Below the pieces are notes generated by a model, which saw only the letters and a program-made list of their open reading frames with translations, had not been told where the DNA came from and did no database searches. A stretch of DNA of 64,000 nucleotides from Macrostomum lignano (Eukaryota), in NCBI GenBank assembly GCA_002269645.1, contig NIVC01000694.1, forward strand, positions 62,001-126,000, given 5' to 3'. A program made the position numbers and the translations under genes. Positions 48,601-59,500 of the stretch are shown one piece after another; position 1 is the stretch's first letter; each line of letters starts with the position of its first letter.

Positions 48601-51600
48601 CTGATAGACTTAAGCCAGCCTGGCCGAGTGTCGGCCCGCCAGTCCGGCGTGGGACAGAACCCGGATGCGGATGTCCAGCTCGAGGAATCTGGAGAGAAGC
48701 CGAACAGACTGTCCAGCAAGTCCCTGGTTAGCGGGAAGAACATCGGCGTGGAGATGGGCAGAGACTCAGTGGCGGATTCCTACAGAGGCTCGATGGCAGA
48801 CTTTGACGGCGACCCGGATCTCGGAGCCAGAGCTCCGGCGGCGCAGCAGCGGACTGCTGACAGCGGCGCAGACGGTGGTCGGCATGAGCGCGAAGTGCCG
48901 GCCTCGGCTAACATCGTGCCGCTGGGAGACACCTCGGTGAGTGGCCGGGCGCCGCCATCAGATTGGAGCAGTGCTTTGATGAATTGAATTGCAATGCTGA
49001 CTGCGGCTGCTTGTGTTCCAATTGAACTGCAACAGCATGCTGACTGTGGCTGCTTGTGTTCCAATTGAATTGCAACAGCATGCTGACTGCGGCCGCTTGT
49101 GTTCCAATTGAACTGCAACAGCATGCTGACTGTGGCCGCTTGTGTTCCAATTGAACTGCAACAGCATGCTGACTGTGGCTGCTTGTGTTCCAATTGAATT
49201 GCAACAGCATGCTGACTGTGACCGCTTGTGTTCCAATTGAATTGCAACAGCATGCTGACTGCTTGTGTTCCAATTGAACTGCAACAGCATGCTGACTGCT
49301 TGTGTTCCAATTGAACTGCAACAGCATGCTGACTGTGACCGCTTGTGTTCCAATTGAATTGCAACAGCATGCTGACTGTGACCGCTTGTGTTCCAATTGA
49401 ACTGCAACAGCATGCTGACTGCTTCTGTTCCAATTGAATTGCAACAGCATGCTGACTGCTTGTGTTCCAATTGAACTGCAACAGCATGCTGACTGCTTGT
49501 GTTCCAATTGAACTGCAACAGCATGCTGACTGCTTGTGTTCCAATTGAACTGCAACAGCATGCTGACTGCTTGTGTTCCAATTGAACTGCAACAGCATGC
49601 TGACTGCTTGTGTTCCAATTGAATTGCAACAGCATGCTGACTGCTTGTGTTCCAATTGAATTGCAACAGCATGCTGACTGCGGCCGCTTGTGTTCCAATT
49701 GAACTGCAACAGCATGCTGACTGCGGCCGCTTGTGTTCCAATTGAACTGCAACAGCATGCTGACTGTGGCTGCTTGTGTTCCAATTGAATTGCAACAGCA
49801 TGCTGACTGCTTGTGTTCCAATTGAACTGCAACAGCATGCTGACTGCTTCTGTTCCAATTGAATTGCAACAGCATGCTGACTGCTTGTGTTCCAATTGAA
49901 CTGCAACAGCATGCTGACCGCTTGTGTTCCAATTGAACTGCAACAGCATGCTGACTGCTTCTGTTCCAATTGAATTGCAACAGCATGCTGACTGTGACCG
50001 CTTGTGTTCCAATTGAACTGCAACAGCATGCTGACTGCTTGTGTTCCAATTGAATTGCAACAGCATGCTGACTGTGACCGCTTGTGTTCCAATTGAATTG
50101 CAACAGCATGCTGACTGTGACCGCTTGTGTTCCAATTGAACTGCAACAGCATGCTGACTGCTTCTGTTCCAATTGAATTGCAACAGCATGCTGACTGCTT
50201 GTGTTCCAATTGAACTGCAACAGCATGCTGACTGCTTGTGTTCCAATTGAACTGCAACAGCATGCTGACTGCTTGTGTTCCAATTGAACTGCAACAGCAT
50301 GCTGACTGCTTGTGTTCCAATTGAACTGCAACAGCATGCTGACTGCTTGTGTTCCAATTGAATTGCAACAGCATGCTGACTGCTTGTGTTCCAATTGAAT
50401 TGCAACAGCATGCTGACCGCTTGTGTTCCAATTGAATTGCAACAGCATGCTGACTGTGACCGCTTGTGTTCCAATTGAACTGCAACAGCATGCTGACTGT
50501 GACCGCTTGTGTTCCAATTGAACTGCAACAGCATGCTGACTGTGACCGCTTGTGTTCCAATTGAACTGCAACAGCATGCTGACTGTGACCGCTTGTGTTC
50601 CAATTGAACTGCAACAGCATGCTGACTGTGACCGCTTGTGTTCCAATTGAACTGCAACAGCATGCTGACTGCTTGTGTTCCAATTGAACTGCAACAGCAT
50701 GCTGACTGCGGCCGCTTGTGTTCCAATTGAATTGCAACAGCATGCTGACTGCGGCCGCTTGTGTTCCAATTGAACTGCAACAGCATGCTGACTGTGACCG
50801 CTTGTGTTCCTTGGTAAAAACTGACTCCCCTCAGGGCCAGTGATTTTGATAATCATCTTTAATGAGCAAAGGGTTCAATATCATATAATAGGGAGGCGCG
50901 GGGCATGCGGCCTGATATGCAGTCAGATACGCAATATTAAAAAGTGAACAACCAAAAAGATTTTATAAGATTTGCCGGTCAAGTAGCACAATATCCAACT
51001 CAAGTCCAGCATAGCCATCTCAAGTGCATAAAATTCAGTTTAGCTGCCAAAATAGTGAAGTGCAAATTGGCCAATCAGAGCGCTTCTCAATATTACCCCA
51101 CTGTTCCGTGCACTTACGACAACAGATGCAAAAGGCCAAACCAAGTGCAGCAATGCCAACTCAACATTAAATGACTGCTGCACGAGCAGATTATCCGCTG
51201 GGGACATGCAGTGGTTGATAGACAGACGCATTTGAATGAGGAACATTCACAGAAATGAATTAGCTTGCAACTTGAAGTGACTACGAGCGTATGATGCCCT
51301 TGACTTTTGGTCTTTTGGTAACTCTGAATTGACGCCACTTGATGTCTCACTTGAACTGAGTGTTTGCGTTTGAGCTGGCTTACTTGACCGGAGAAGCCTT
51401 TAAACAATCCAGCAATTGTGATATTTGTGATATTTCAGTTCTATGATTGTTCGGGTTTGTGATATTTTGGGTTTGTGATAATTTGGGTTTGTGATATTTC
51501 GGGTTTGTGATAATTTGGGTTTGTGATATTTCGGGTTTGTGATATTTCAGGTTTGTGATATTTCAGGTTTGTGATATTTCAGTTCTATGATTGTTCGGGT

Positions 51601-52805
51601 TTGTGATATTTTGGGTTTGTGATAATTTGGGTTTGTGATATTTCGGGTTTGTGATAATTTGGGTTTGTGCTATTTCGGGTTTGTGATATTTCGGGTTTGT
51701 GATATTTCGAGTTTGTGATAATTTGGGTTTATGATTGTTCGGGTTTGTGATATTTCGGGGTTATGATTGTTCGGGTTTGTGATATTTCGGGGTTATGATT
51801 GTTCGGGTTTGTGATATTTCGGGTTTGTGATAATTTGGGTTTATGATTGTTCGGGTTTGTGATATTTCGGGGTTATGATTGTTCGGGTTTGTGATATTTC
51901 GGGGTTATGATTGTTCGGGTTTGTGATATTTCGGGTTTGTGATAATTTGGGTTTATGATTGTTCGGGTTTGTGATATTTCGGGGTTATGATTGTTCGGGT
52001 TTGTGATATTTCGGGGTTATGATTGTTCGGGTTTGTGATATTTCGGGTTTGTGATAATTTGGGTTTGTGATATTTCGGGTTTGTGATATTTCGGGTTTGT
52101 GATATTTCGGGTTTGTGATATTTCGGGTTTGTGATATTTCGGGTTTGTGATATTTCGGGTTTGTGATATTTCGGGTTTGTGATATTTCGGGTTTGTGATA
52201 ATTTGGGTTTATGATTGTTCGGGTTTGTGATATTTCGGGGTTATGATTGTTCGGGTTTGTGATATTTCGGGGTTATGATTGTTCGGGTTTGTGATATTTC
52301 GGGGTTATGATTGTTCGGGTTTGTGATATTTCGGGGTTATGATTGTTCGGGTTTGTGATATTTCGGGGTTATGATTGTTCGGGTTTGTGATATTTCGGGT
52401 TTGTGATAATTTGGGTTTGTGATATTTCGGGTTTGTGATATTTCGGGTTTGTGATATTTCGGGTTTGTGATATTTCGGGTTTGTGATAATTTGGGTTTGT
52501 GATATTTCGGGTTTGTGATATTTCGGGTTTGTGATAATTCGGGTTTGTGATATTTCGGGTTTGTGATGTCCCACCCCCCCCCCACTTCTGACTGTTGCTA
52601 AGTAGTGCAGATAAATGAAAATTCGGTGAGTATTGCATGCTGCTACTGCAAGTAGCATAAGGCAGACTATTCAATCCCGCACTCGCAGAGCAACGCAATC
52701 ACGGGCAATTTCTCCGTGACCAGCAGCAGCGCGGACAAGAAGCTGATCTTCAGCCTGAAGGCGCGAATCGACGAGATGCTCAGCTTCCTTGACCAGCAGC
52801 GCTGA
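45673..52805 (+). CDS. Unknown ~1000-aa protein (beta-rich repeats plus long disordered tail); exons 45673-46452, 46648-47514, 47634-48936, 52689-52805
   Basis: Long GC3-rich ORFs with canonical GTGAG donors in matching phases; a frame change at the (GCAGCCC)3 tract 47311-47335; the last exon is inferred from phase and codon style. No family recognised. Confidence 0.7.
48985..50810. repeat. 37/43-bp minisatellite, ~46 units (intron 3)
   Basis: Unit GCTTGTGTTCCAATTGAACTGCAACAGCATGCTGACT with an optional 6-bp insert (GTGACC/GCGGCC/GTGGCT). Confidence 0.97.
51420..52568. repeat. 17/18-bp minisatellite, ~65 units (intron 3)
   Basis: Units TTTGTGATATTTCGGGT and GTTATGATTGTTCGGGT interspersed. 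Confidence 0.96.
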
Positions 52806-53410
52806 CACAGGATTTTGTTTGATGGGACGGCAGGCCATCGATTCGCGCATATTATTTCACTTGCACTCCCCATTTTTCAACTGTGGCGCTCAGCCGCTGT
52901 ATTACAAAAGTAAAACGAGAGAAAAATGCGCAGCCCCGTAATTTGAGTTGGCGGTCCGCCGCCGACTCTCCGCTTGAATTCCTCGGCTTAACCCATTTTT
53001 AGTTGGTTCTAATAAAAGTTGCTTTTCCTGTATATTGACGTGTTCATAGCGCTCGCTAGCTACCGCAGCATTGCTAATGCTTTTCAACACTGCGCTGAGT
53101 CGCGGGCGCCGATTCTTATTCTTTTTCTAATCAGAAATAGCGCGCACCCCCACCGGCTCGCTCACGCCGCCATCAACTCGCGCAGTTGAAGTAGAAGCTT
53201 AGCTGCTTAACTTCAGAGGCTTGCAGTTTAGCATAGGCAGCTTGGCATGGATGCCATTCACAATTCTGGCGCTGCAATATTGCTTATAGATCTGGAACTC
53301 AGCACTCACCTGTTTGACTCTGGGGTAGAAAAACGGTGTTCAAATTTGCTAGACTATACGGCACGCCCAATGTACATCTCTCTGAATGTACAGTCTGGCA
53401 GTGTACAGTT

Positions 53411-53454
53411 GGGGGCGGGGGCTAGGCGCAGGGAGGCGGGCCAGCTCTATAAAT
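53411..53454 (+). promoter_or_regulatory. Putative Pol II core promoter: GC box and TATA box
   Basis: GGGGGCGGGG at 53411-53420 and TATAAAT at 53448-53454, 41 nt before the ATG at 53495. Confidence 0.45.
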
Positions 53455-53494
53455 CCGAGCGGGTTGGGCAGGCAGCGAGCAGCCCAGCCCAGCC

Positions 53495-54265
53495 ATGGAG
53501 CAGCCGCCAGCCAGCCTGACCCAGCGGGTGCGCCCCGCGGCGCCGCCCGGCAGCCAATCGGACGACGCCGCCAGCCCGAACGCCAGCCTGCACAGCGAGC
53601 TGAGCGAGGAGGTCTCCGTCCTGGTCAGCGTGAAGCGCCGCCCCCTGGCCGACCGCAACAACAACAGCAGCGGCGACAGCAGCGGCCACTTCGACCCCGC
53701 CTGCTGTCAGGAGCTGCAGAAGCCGCCTCCGCCGCCGCCGCCGCCTCCACCATCGTCTCCACAGCTGACGAAGAAACCGAAGCAGCTGCCGCACGAGGAG
53801 TGCAACGCCGCTGACAAGTGCCGCACCTTTGTTGGCCTCTCGCAAGGTCGCCGCGGCAGCCTCCAGCAGCAGAAGGCGGCCAAGTCAAGCGGCAGCGTCT
53901 GCTGCTTCGTGGCTCCGGACGGCGAGGCCTACAGCCTGACGGACTGGCTGCGCCGCGTCAAAGCGCTCAAGAACGAATTCGGCGGCCTGCAGCGGCAGCC
54001 GCCGCGGCTGCCAACGGAGGCGCCGAGCGTGGCGGCGGTGGAGGCGGGGCTGCGCAGCCGAGCGGCCGAGCGCAGCTACCCGGTGCAGAGCCCGGGCCTG
54101 GGCGTCCGCAACCACTACTGCCGCTACCAGGTGGCCGGCATCTGCAGGCTGTGGCGCCGCAACTGCCCGTTCAGCCACCAGCAGCAGCTGACCACCTGCA
54201 AGTTCTGGCACTCCGGCTTCTGCATGAAGGGCACGGACTGCCCCTTCCTTCACGGCTACGTGTGA
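53495..54265 (+). CDS. Intronless tandem CCCH zinc-finger protein (256 aa)
   Basis: C-terminal CRYQVAGICRLWRRNCPFSH and CKFWHSGFCMKGTDCPFLH; Pro/Ser-rich N-terminus; GC-rich codons. Confidence 0.85.
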   Translation: MEQPPASLTQRVRPAAPPGSQSDDAASPNASLHSELSEEVSVLVSVKRRPLADRNNNSSGDSSGHFDPACCQELQKPPPPPPPPPPSSPQLTKKPKQLPHEECNAADKCRTFVGLSQGRRGSLQQQKAAKSSGSVCCFVAPDGEAYSLTDWLRRVKALKNEFGGLQRQPPRLPTEAPSVAAVEAGLRSRAAERSYPVQSPGLGVRNHYCRYQVAGICRLWRRNCPFSHQQQLTTCKFWHSGFCMKGTDCPFLHGYV

Positions 54266-54715
54266 GCTGGCGTCCGAGTTTTGAGTTCACATTGTCCTCA
54301 AGTAACCCACATTTTGATGCACTGTGTTTTCTTGTCAGTCCATTGGTGATCGCCCAGCCACTGCTTGCTTTACTTTGATCCGACTTGTGTCTTAGAAAGT
54401 CTTGTTTTCTCTGCAGTTCAACTTTTTGCAAATAATATTGATCGCGTTCTTCTGCTAACTGTATTTAATTTTGCATATTAATGTCTACTTTGTGATGTTC
54501 ATGCAAACTGGCTGCGTGAATCAGCATTTAATAGCGATCTTTGCTGTCCAGAACTCCCTAATAGTCAAATATCCGCGAGCCTCCCCTGTCTCCGGTCAAC
54601 ATGCACCCTTCTTTGGCCTCGCAAAAGTGCGGAATAAAAAATCGAATTTCGCGCAACCCGCAGACGAGTTTATTCGACATTCGCAAAATTTTGCGCCTCT
54701 TCCGCCTCTTTGCTT

Positions 54716-54985
54716 TGCCGCCATTGGCGATGGGGTCTCTCAGAAACTTTGCCGCCATTGGCGATGGGGTCTCTCAGAAACTTTGCCGCCATTGGCGATG
54801 GGGTCTCTCAGAAACTTTGCCGCCATTGGCGATGGGGTCTCTCAGAAACTTTGCCGCCATTGGCGATGGGGTCTCTCGGAAACTTTGCCGCCATTGGCGA
54901 TGGGGTCTCTCGGAAACTTTGCCGCCATTGGCGATGGGGTCTCTCGGAAACTTTGCCGCCATTGGCGATGGGGTCTCTCAGAAAC
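54716..54985. repeat. 34-bp minisatellite x8
   Basis: Unit TTTGCCGCCATTGGCGATGGGGTCTCTC(A/G)GAAAC with internal CGCCA-T-TGGCG hairpin; no spacers. Confidence 0.96.
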
Positions 54986-55094
54986 GTTAAAATCTTCTCA
55001 ACTTTCAAATCGTGAACGAAGCTGTTAAATTTATAATAACAGCTGGATAAGTTCACGAAATGATTGGCTGACGCTCTGTGATATGATAAAACAA

Positions 55095-55770
55095 TAGTCC
55101 CAATGATCCCAATAGTCCCAATGATCCCAATAGTCCCAATGATCCCAATAGTCCCAATGATCCCAATAGTCCCAATGATCCCAATAGTCTCAATGATCCC
55201 AATAGTCCCAACAGTCCCAATAATCCCAACAGTCCCAATAATCCCAACAGTCCCAATAATCCCAACAGTCCCAATAATCCCAACAGTCCCAATAATCCCA
55301 ACAGTCCCAATAATCCCAACAGTCCCAATAATCCCAACAGTCCCAATAATCCCAACAGTCCCAATAATCCCAACAGTCCCAATAACCCAAACAGTCTCAA
55401 TAATCCCAACAGTCCCAATAATCCCAACAGTCCCAATAATCCCAACAGTCCCAATAATCCCAACAGTCTCAATAATCCCAACAGTCCCAATAATCCCAAC
55501 AGTCCCAATAATCCCAACAGTCTCAATAATCCCAACAGTCCCAATAATCCCAACAGTCCCAATAATCCCAACAGTCCCAATAATCCCAACAGTCCCAATA
55601 ATCCCAACAGTCCCAATAATCCCAACAGTCCCAATAATCCCAACAGTCCCAATAATCCCAACAGTCCCAATAATCCCAACAGTCCCAATAATCCCAACAG
55701 TCCCAATAATCCCAACAGTCCCAATAATCCCAACAGTCGCAATAATCCCAAAAGTCTCAATAATCCCAAC
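55095..55770. repeat. 18-bp minisatellite, ~37 units
   Basis: Unit CCCAATAATCCCAACAGT (left-edge variant CCCAATGATCCCAATAGT). Confidence 0.97.
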
Positions 55771-56157
55771 AATCGCGAAAATAGCAATAAACACAATTAT
55801 CCCATTTATATTTCTTATAATTTTAGCTGTCACCACCCATCAAATATTTGATTTCCATTGGAAGGATCAGTGAGGGCCCCTCTGTGAGGTCAGAGCTGTT
55901 TAGTTAAACTGCACAGGAGGCATGCAAAGTAAGAAACACAAAATTCTGTGCTGATATCAACCAAGGAGTTCTATTTCTGAGTTGTATTTGCCCGATGAAG
56001 GAGAACAGGTGAAATAAGCTTTAAATATTGACAGCTTGGGAGTTTTGGCCAGGTTCTAATAAGTTTATATTACTGGATCAGCTGTGGGTGGATTACGTTT
56101 TTGAACTTCTACTCTCTTATTTATATGCTCTTGCAAATCACGCTCCTTGTAACCAGT

Positions 56158-56503
56158 CATTCACACTAATCACGCTCATTGTACACGATTCACAACCGCA
56201 GTCACTCACACTCATCACGCTCCTTGTACACGATTCACAACCGCAGTGATTCACACTCATCACGCTCCTTGTATACGATTCACAACCGCAGTCATTCACA
56301 CTCATCACACTCCTTGTACACGATTCACAACCACAGTCATTCACACTCATCACGCTCCTTGTACACGATTCACAACCGCAGTCATTCACACTGATCACGC
56401 TCCTTGTACACGATTCACAACCGCAGTCATTCACACTGATCACGCTCCTTGCACAGGATTCACAACTGCAGTCATTCACGCTCATCACGCTCCTTGTACA
56501 CGA
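56158..56503. repeat. 45-bp minisatellite, ~8 units, directly after the SSUH2-like stop codon
   Basis: Unit CATTCACACTCATCACGCTCCTTGTACACGATTCACAACCGCAGT. Confidence 0.95.
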
Positions 56504-56510
56504 TTGCCAG

Positions 56511-59500
56511 TCAGAGCAGCGAGCAGCAGCAGCTACCGGCCCGTGGGAACTGCTCAATGTACAGCCGGTTCTCGAAGCCGTAAACGAAAAACACGCCGGA
56601 GCCGCCCGAGTGCTGCTGGAAGTGGCACTCGGCTACGGGCACTCCGCGGAGCCGGTGGCGCTGCCTGATCACCCGCTGCCCCTTCACAGCCTTGTCCTGC
56701 TCCGCCACCAGCCTGGCAGAGGCCTCGTTCACCGGCGCGTAGGGAAAATTCAGGATTGGCGACACCTGAATGAAGAATCGAGTTCATGAGTTCATGAGTC
56801 ATGAGTGAGTGAGTGAGTTCATGAGTCATGAGTGAGTTCATGAGTTCATGAGTCATGAGTGAGTGAGTGAGTTCATGAGTTCATGAGTCATGAGTGAGTG
56901 AGTGAGTTCATGAGTCATGAGTGAGTGAGTGAGTTCATGAGTTCATGAGTCATGAGTGAGTGAGTGAGTTCATGAGTTCATGAGTCATGAGTGAGTTCAT
57001 GAGTGAGTTCATGAGTGAGTTCATGAGTGAGTTCATGAGTGAGTTCATGAGTGAGTGAGCAAGTGAGTGAGCAAGTGAGTGAGCAAGTGAGCAAGTGAGT
57101 GAGTGAGTGAGTGAGTGAGTGAGTGAGTGAGTGAGTGAGTGAGTGAGTGAGTGAGTGAGTGAGTGAGTGTGGGAGTGAGTGAGTGAGTGAGTGAGTGAGT
57201 GAGTGAGTGAGTGAGTGAGTGAGTGAGTGAGTGTGTGAGTGAGTGAGTGAGTGAGTGAGTGAGTGAGTGTGGGAGTGAGTGAGTGAGTGAGTGAGTGAGT
57301 GAGTTAGTGAGTGAGTGAGTGAGTGAGTGAGTGAGTGAGTGATTGAGTGAGTGAGTGAGTGAGTGAGTGAGTGAGTGAGTGAGTGAGTGAGTGAGTGAGT
57401 GATTGAGTGAGTGAGTGAGTGAGTGAGTGAGTGAGTGAGTGAGTGAGTGAGTGAGTGAGTGAGTGAGTGAGTGAGTGAGTGAGTGAGTGAGTGAGTGAGT
57501 GAGTGAGTGAGTGAGTGAGTGAGTGAGTGAGTGAGTGAGTGAGTGAGTGAGTGAGTTAGTGAGTGAGTGAGTAAGGGCAGCTCACGCTGTCATCCTCTTC
57601 AGCAAAGAGTACTGTTCCGGACACGTCCCGCACGAGCTCATCCGGCATGTCGGTTTTCTCCTCGATGAAGTCCACCTGCCGCTTGCGCCACTCGCACTTC
57701 ACCTTGATGGAGAACAGCAGCTGCTTATGGCCAAGGCAGGTCGGGCACTCGATTTCACCGGAGCCGCGACAGCCCGGACACCTGAGCGAGCGGGAATGAG
57801 ACGAGGGTGACTGGCACTGAGGGAGGGTGAGTGTGAATGACACTGGGTGAGAGTGAGTGTGAATGACACTGGGTGAGAGTGAGAGTGAATGACACTGGGT
57901 GAGAGTGAGAGTGAATGACACTGGGTGAGAGTGAGTGTGAATGACACTGGGTAAGAGTGAGAGTGAATGACACTGGGTGAGAGTGAGTGTGAATGACACT
58001 GGGTAAGAGTGAGAGTGAATGGCACTGGGTGAGAGTGAGAGTGACTGACACTGGGTTAGAGTGAGAGTGACTGACACTGGGTTAGAGTGAGAGTGACTGA
58101 CACTGGGTGAGAGTGAGAGTGACTGACACTGGGTGAGAGTGAGAGTGACTGAAACTGGGTGAGAATGAGAGTGACTGGCACTGGGTGAGAGTGGGAGTGA
58201 CTGGCACTGGGTGAGAGTGGGAGTGACTGGCACTGGGTGAGAGTAGGAGTGAATGGCACTGGGTGAGAGTGGGAGTGAATGGCACTGGGTGAGAGTGAGA
58301 GTGACTGACACTGGGTGAGAGTGGGAGTGACTGGCACTGGGTGAGAGTGGGAGTGACTGGCACTGGGTGAGAGTGGGAGTGAATGGCACTGGGTGAGAGT
58401 GGGAGTGAATGGCACTGGGTGAGAGTGGGAGTGAATGGCACTGGGTGAGAGTGGGAGTGAATGGCACTGGGTGAGAGTGGGAGTGAATGGCACTGGGTGA
58501 GAGTGGGAGTGAATGGCACTGGGTGAGAGTGGGAGTGAATGGCACTGGGTGAGAGTTGGAGTGACTGGCACTGGGTGAGAGTAGGAGTGAATGGCACTGG
58601 GTGAGAGTGGGAGTGAATGGCACTGGGTGAGAGTGGGAGTGAATGGCACTGGGTGAGAGTGGGAGTGAATGGCACTGGGTGAGAGTGAGTGTGAATGGCA
58701 CTGGGTGAGAGTTGGAGTGAATGGCACTGGGTGAGAGTGAGTGTGAATGGCACTGGGTGAGAGTGGGAGTGAATGGCACTGGGTGAGAGTGAGTGTGAAT
58801 GGCACTGGGTGAGAGTGGGAGTGAATGGCACTGGGTGAGAGTTGGAGTGAATGGCACTGGGTGAGAGTGGGAGTGAATGGCACTGGGTGAGAGTGAGTGT
58901 GAATGACACTGGGTGAGAGTGAGTGTGAATGACACTGGGTGAGAGTGGGAGTGAATGGCACTGGGTGAGAGTGGGAGTGAATGGCACTGGGTGAGAGTGG
59001 GAGTGACTGGCACTGGGTGAGAGTGGGAGTGAATGGCACTGGGTGAGAGTTGGAGTGAATGGCACTGGGTGAGAGTGGGAGTGAATGGCACTGGGTGAGA
59101 GTGAGAGTGACTGACACTGGGTGAGAGTGGGAGTGAATGGCACTGGGTGAGAGTGGGAGTGAATGGCACTGGGTGAGAGTGGGAGTGAATGGCACTGGGT
59201 GAGAGTGGGAGTGACTGGCACTGTGTGAGAGTGGGAGTGAATGGCACTGGATCAGAGCCGCCATTTGCCACCCTGCGACTTTCTAGGAAAAGTCGGTCAC
59301 TCGGGTGCACAAGCAGAGGCAGAAATCTAATTAAGACGCCGCCTGCTAGCCCGACAGCCTCCCAATTCACCTGCTGCCTCCAGCTGCACTTCCGGTGCCG
59401 GGGGGGAGGCTCAGCTCCCCCGGCGGGATCGTCCCGCCAAATTTCTCACCGCCTTGACTTCGTGATTCCCGTTTCCTGGAATGCGTCTCCCCAGTAGTGC

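Noticed and set aside
50835-50843. Alternative last exon GGCCAGTGA for the unknown gene
   Set aside because: Possible, but the 52689-52805 exon has coding-like composition and fits the phase equally well; kept only as a minor alternative.
54716-54985. CRISPR-like 34-bp palindromic repeat (also the 36-, 37- and 61-bp arrays)
   Set aside because: Units are head-to-tail with no unique spacers, there are no cas genes, and the context is eukaryotic.
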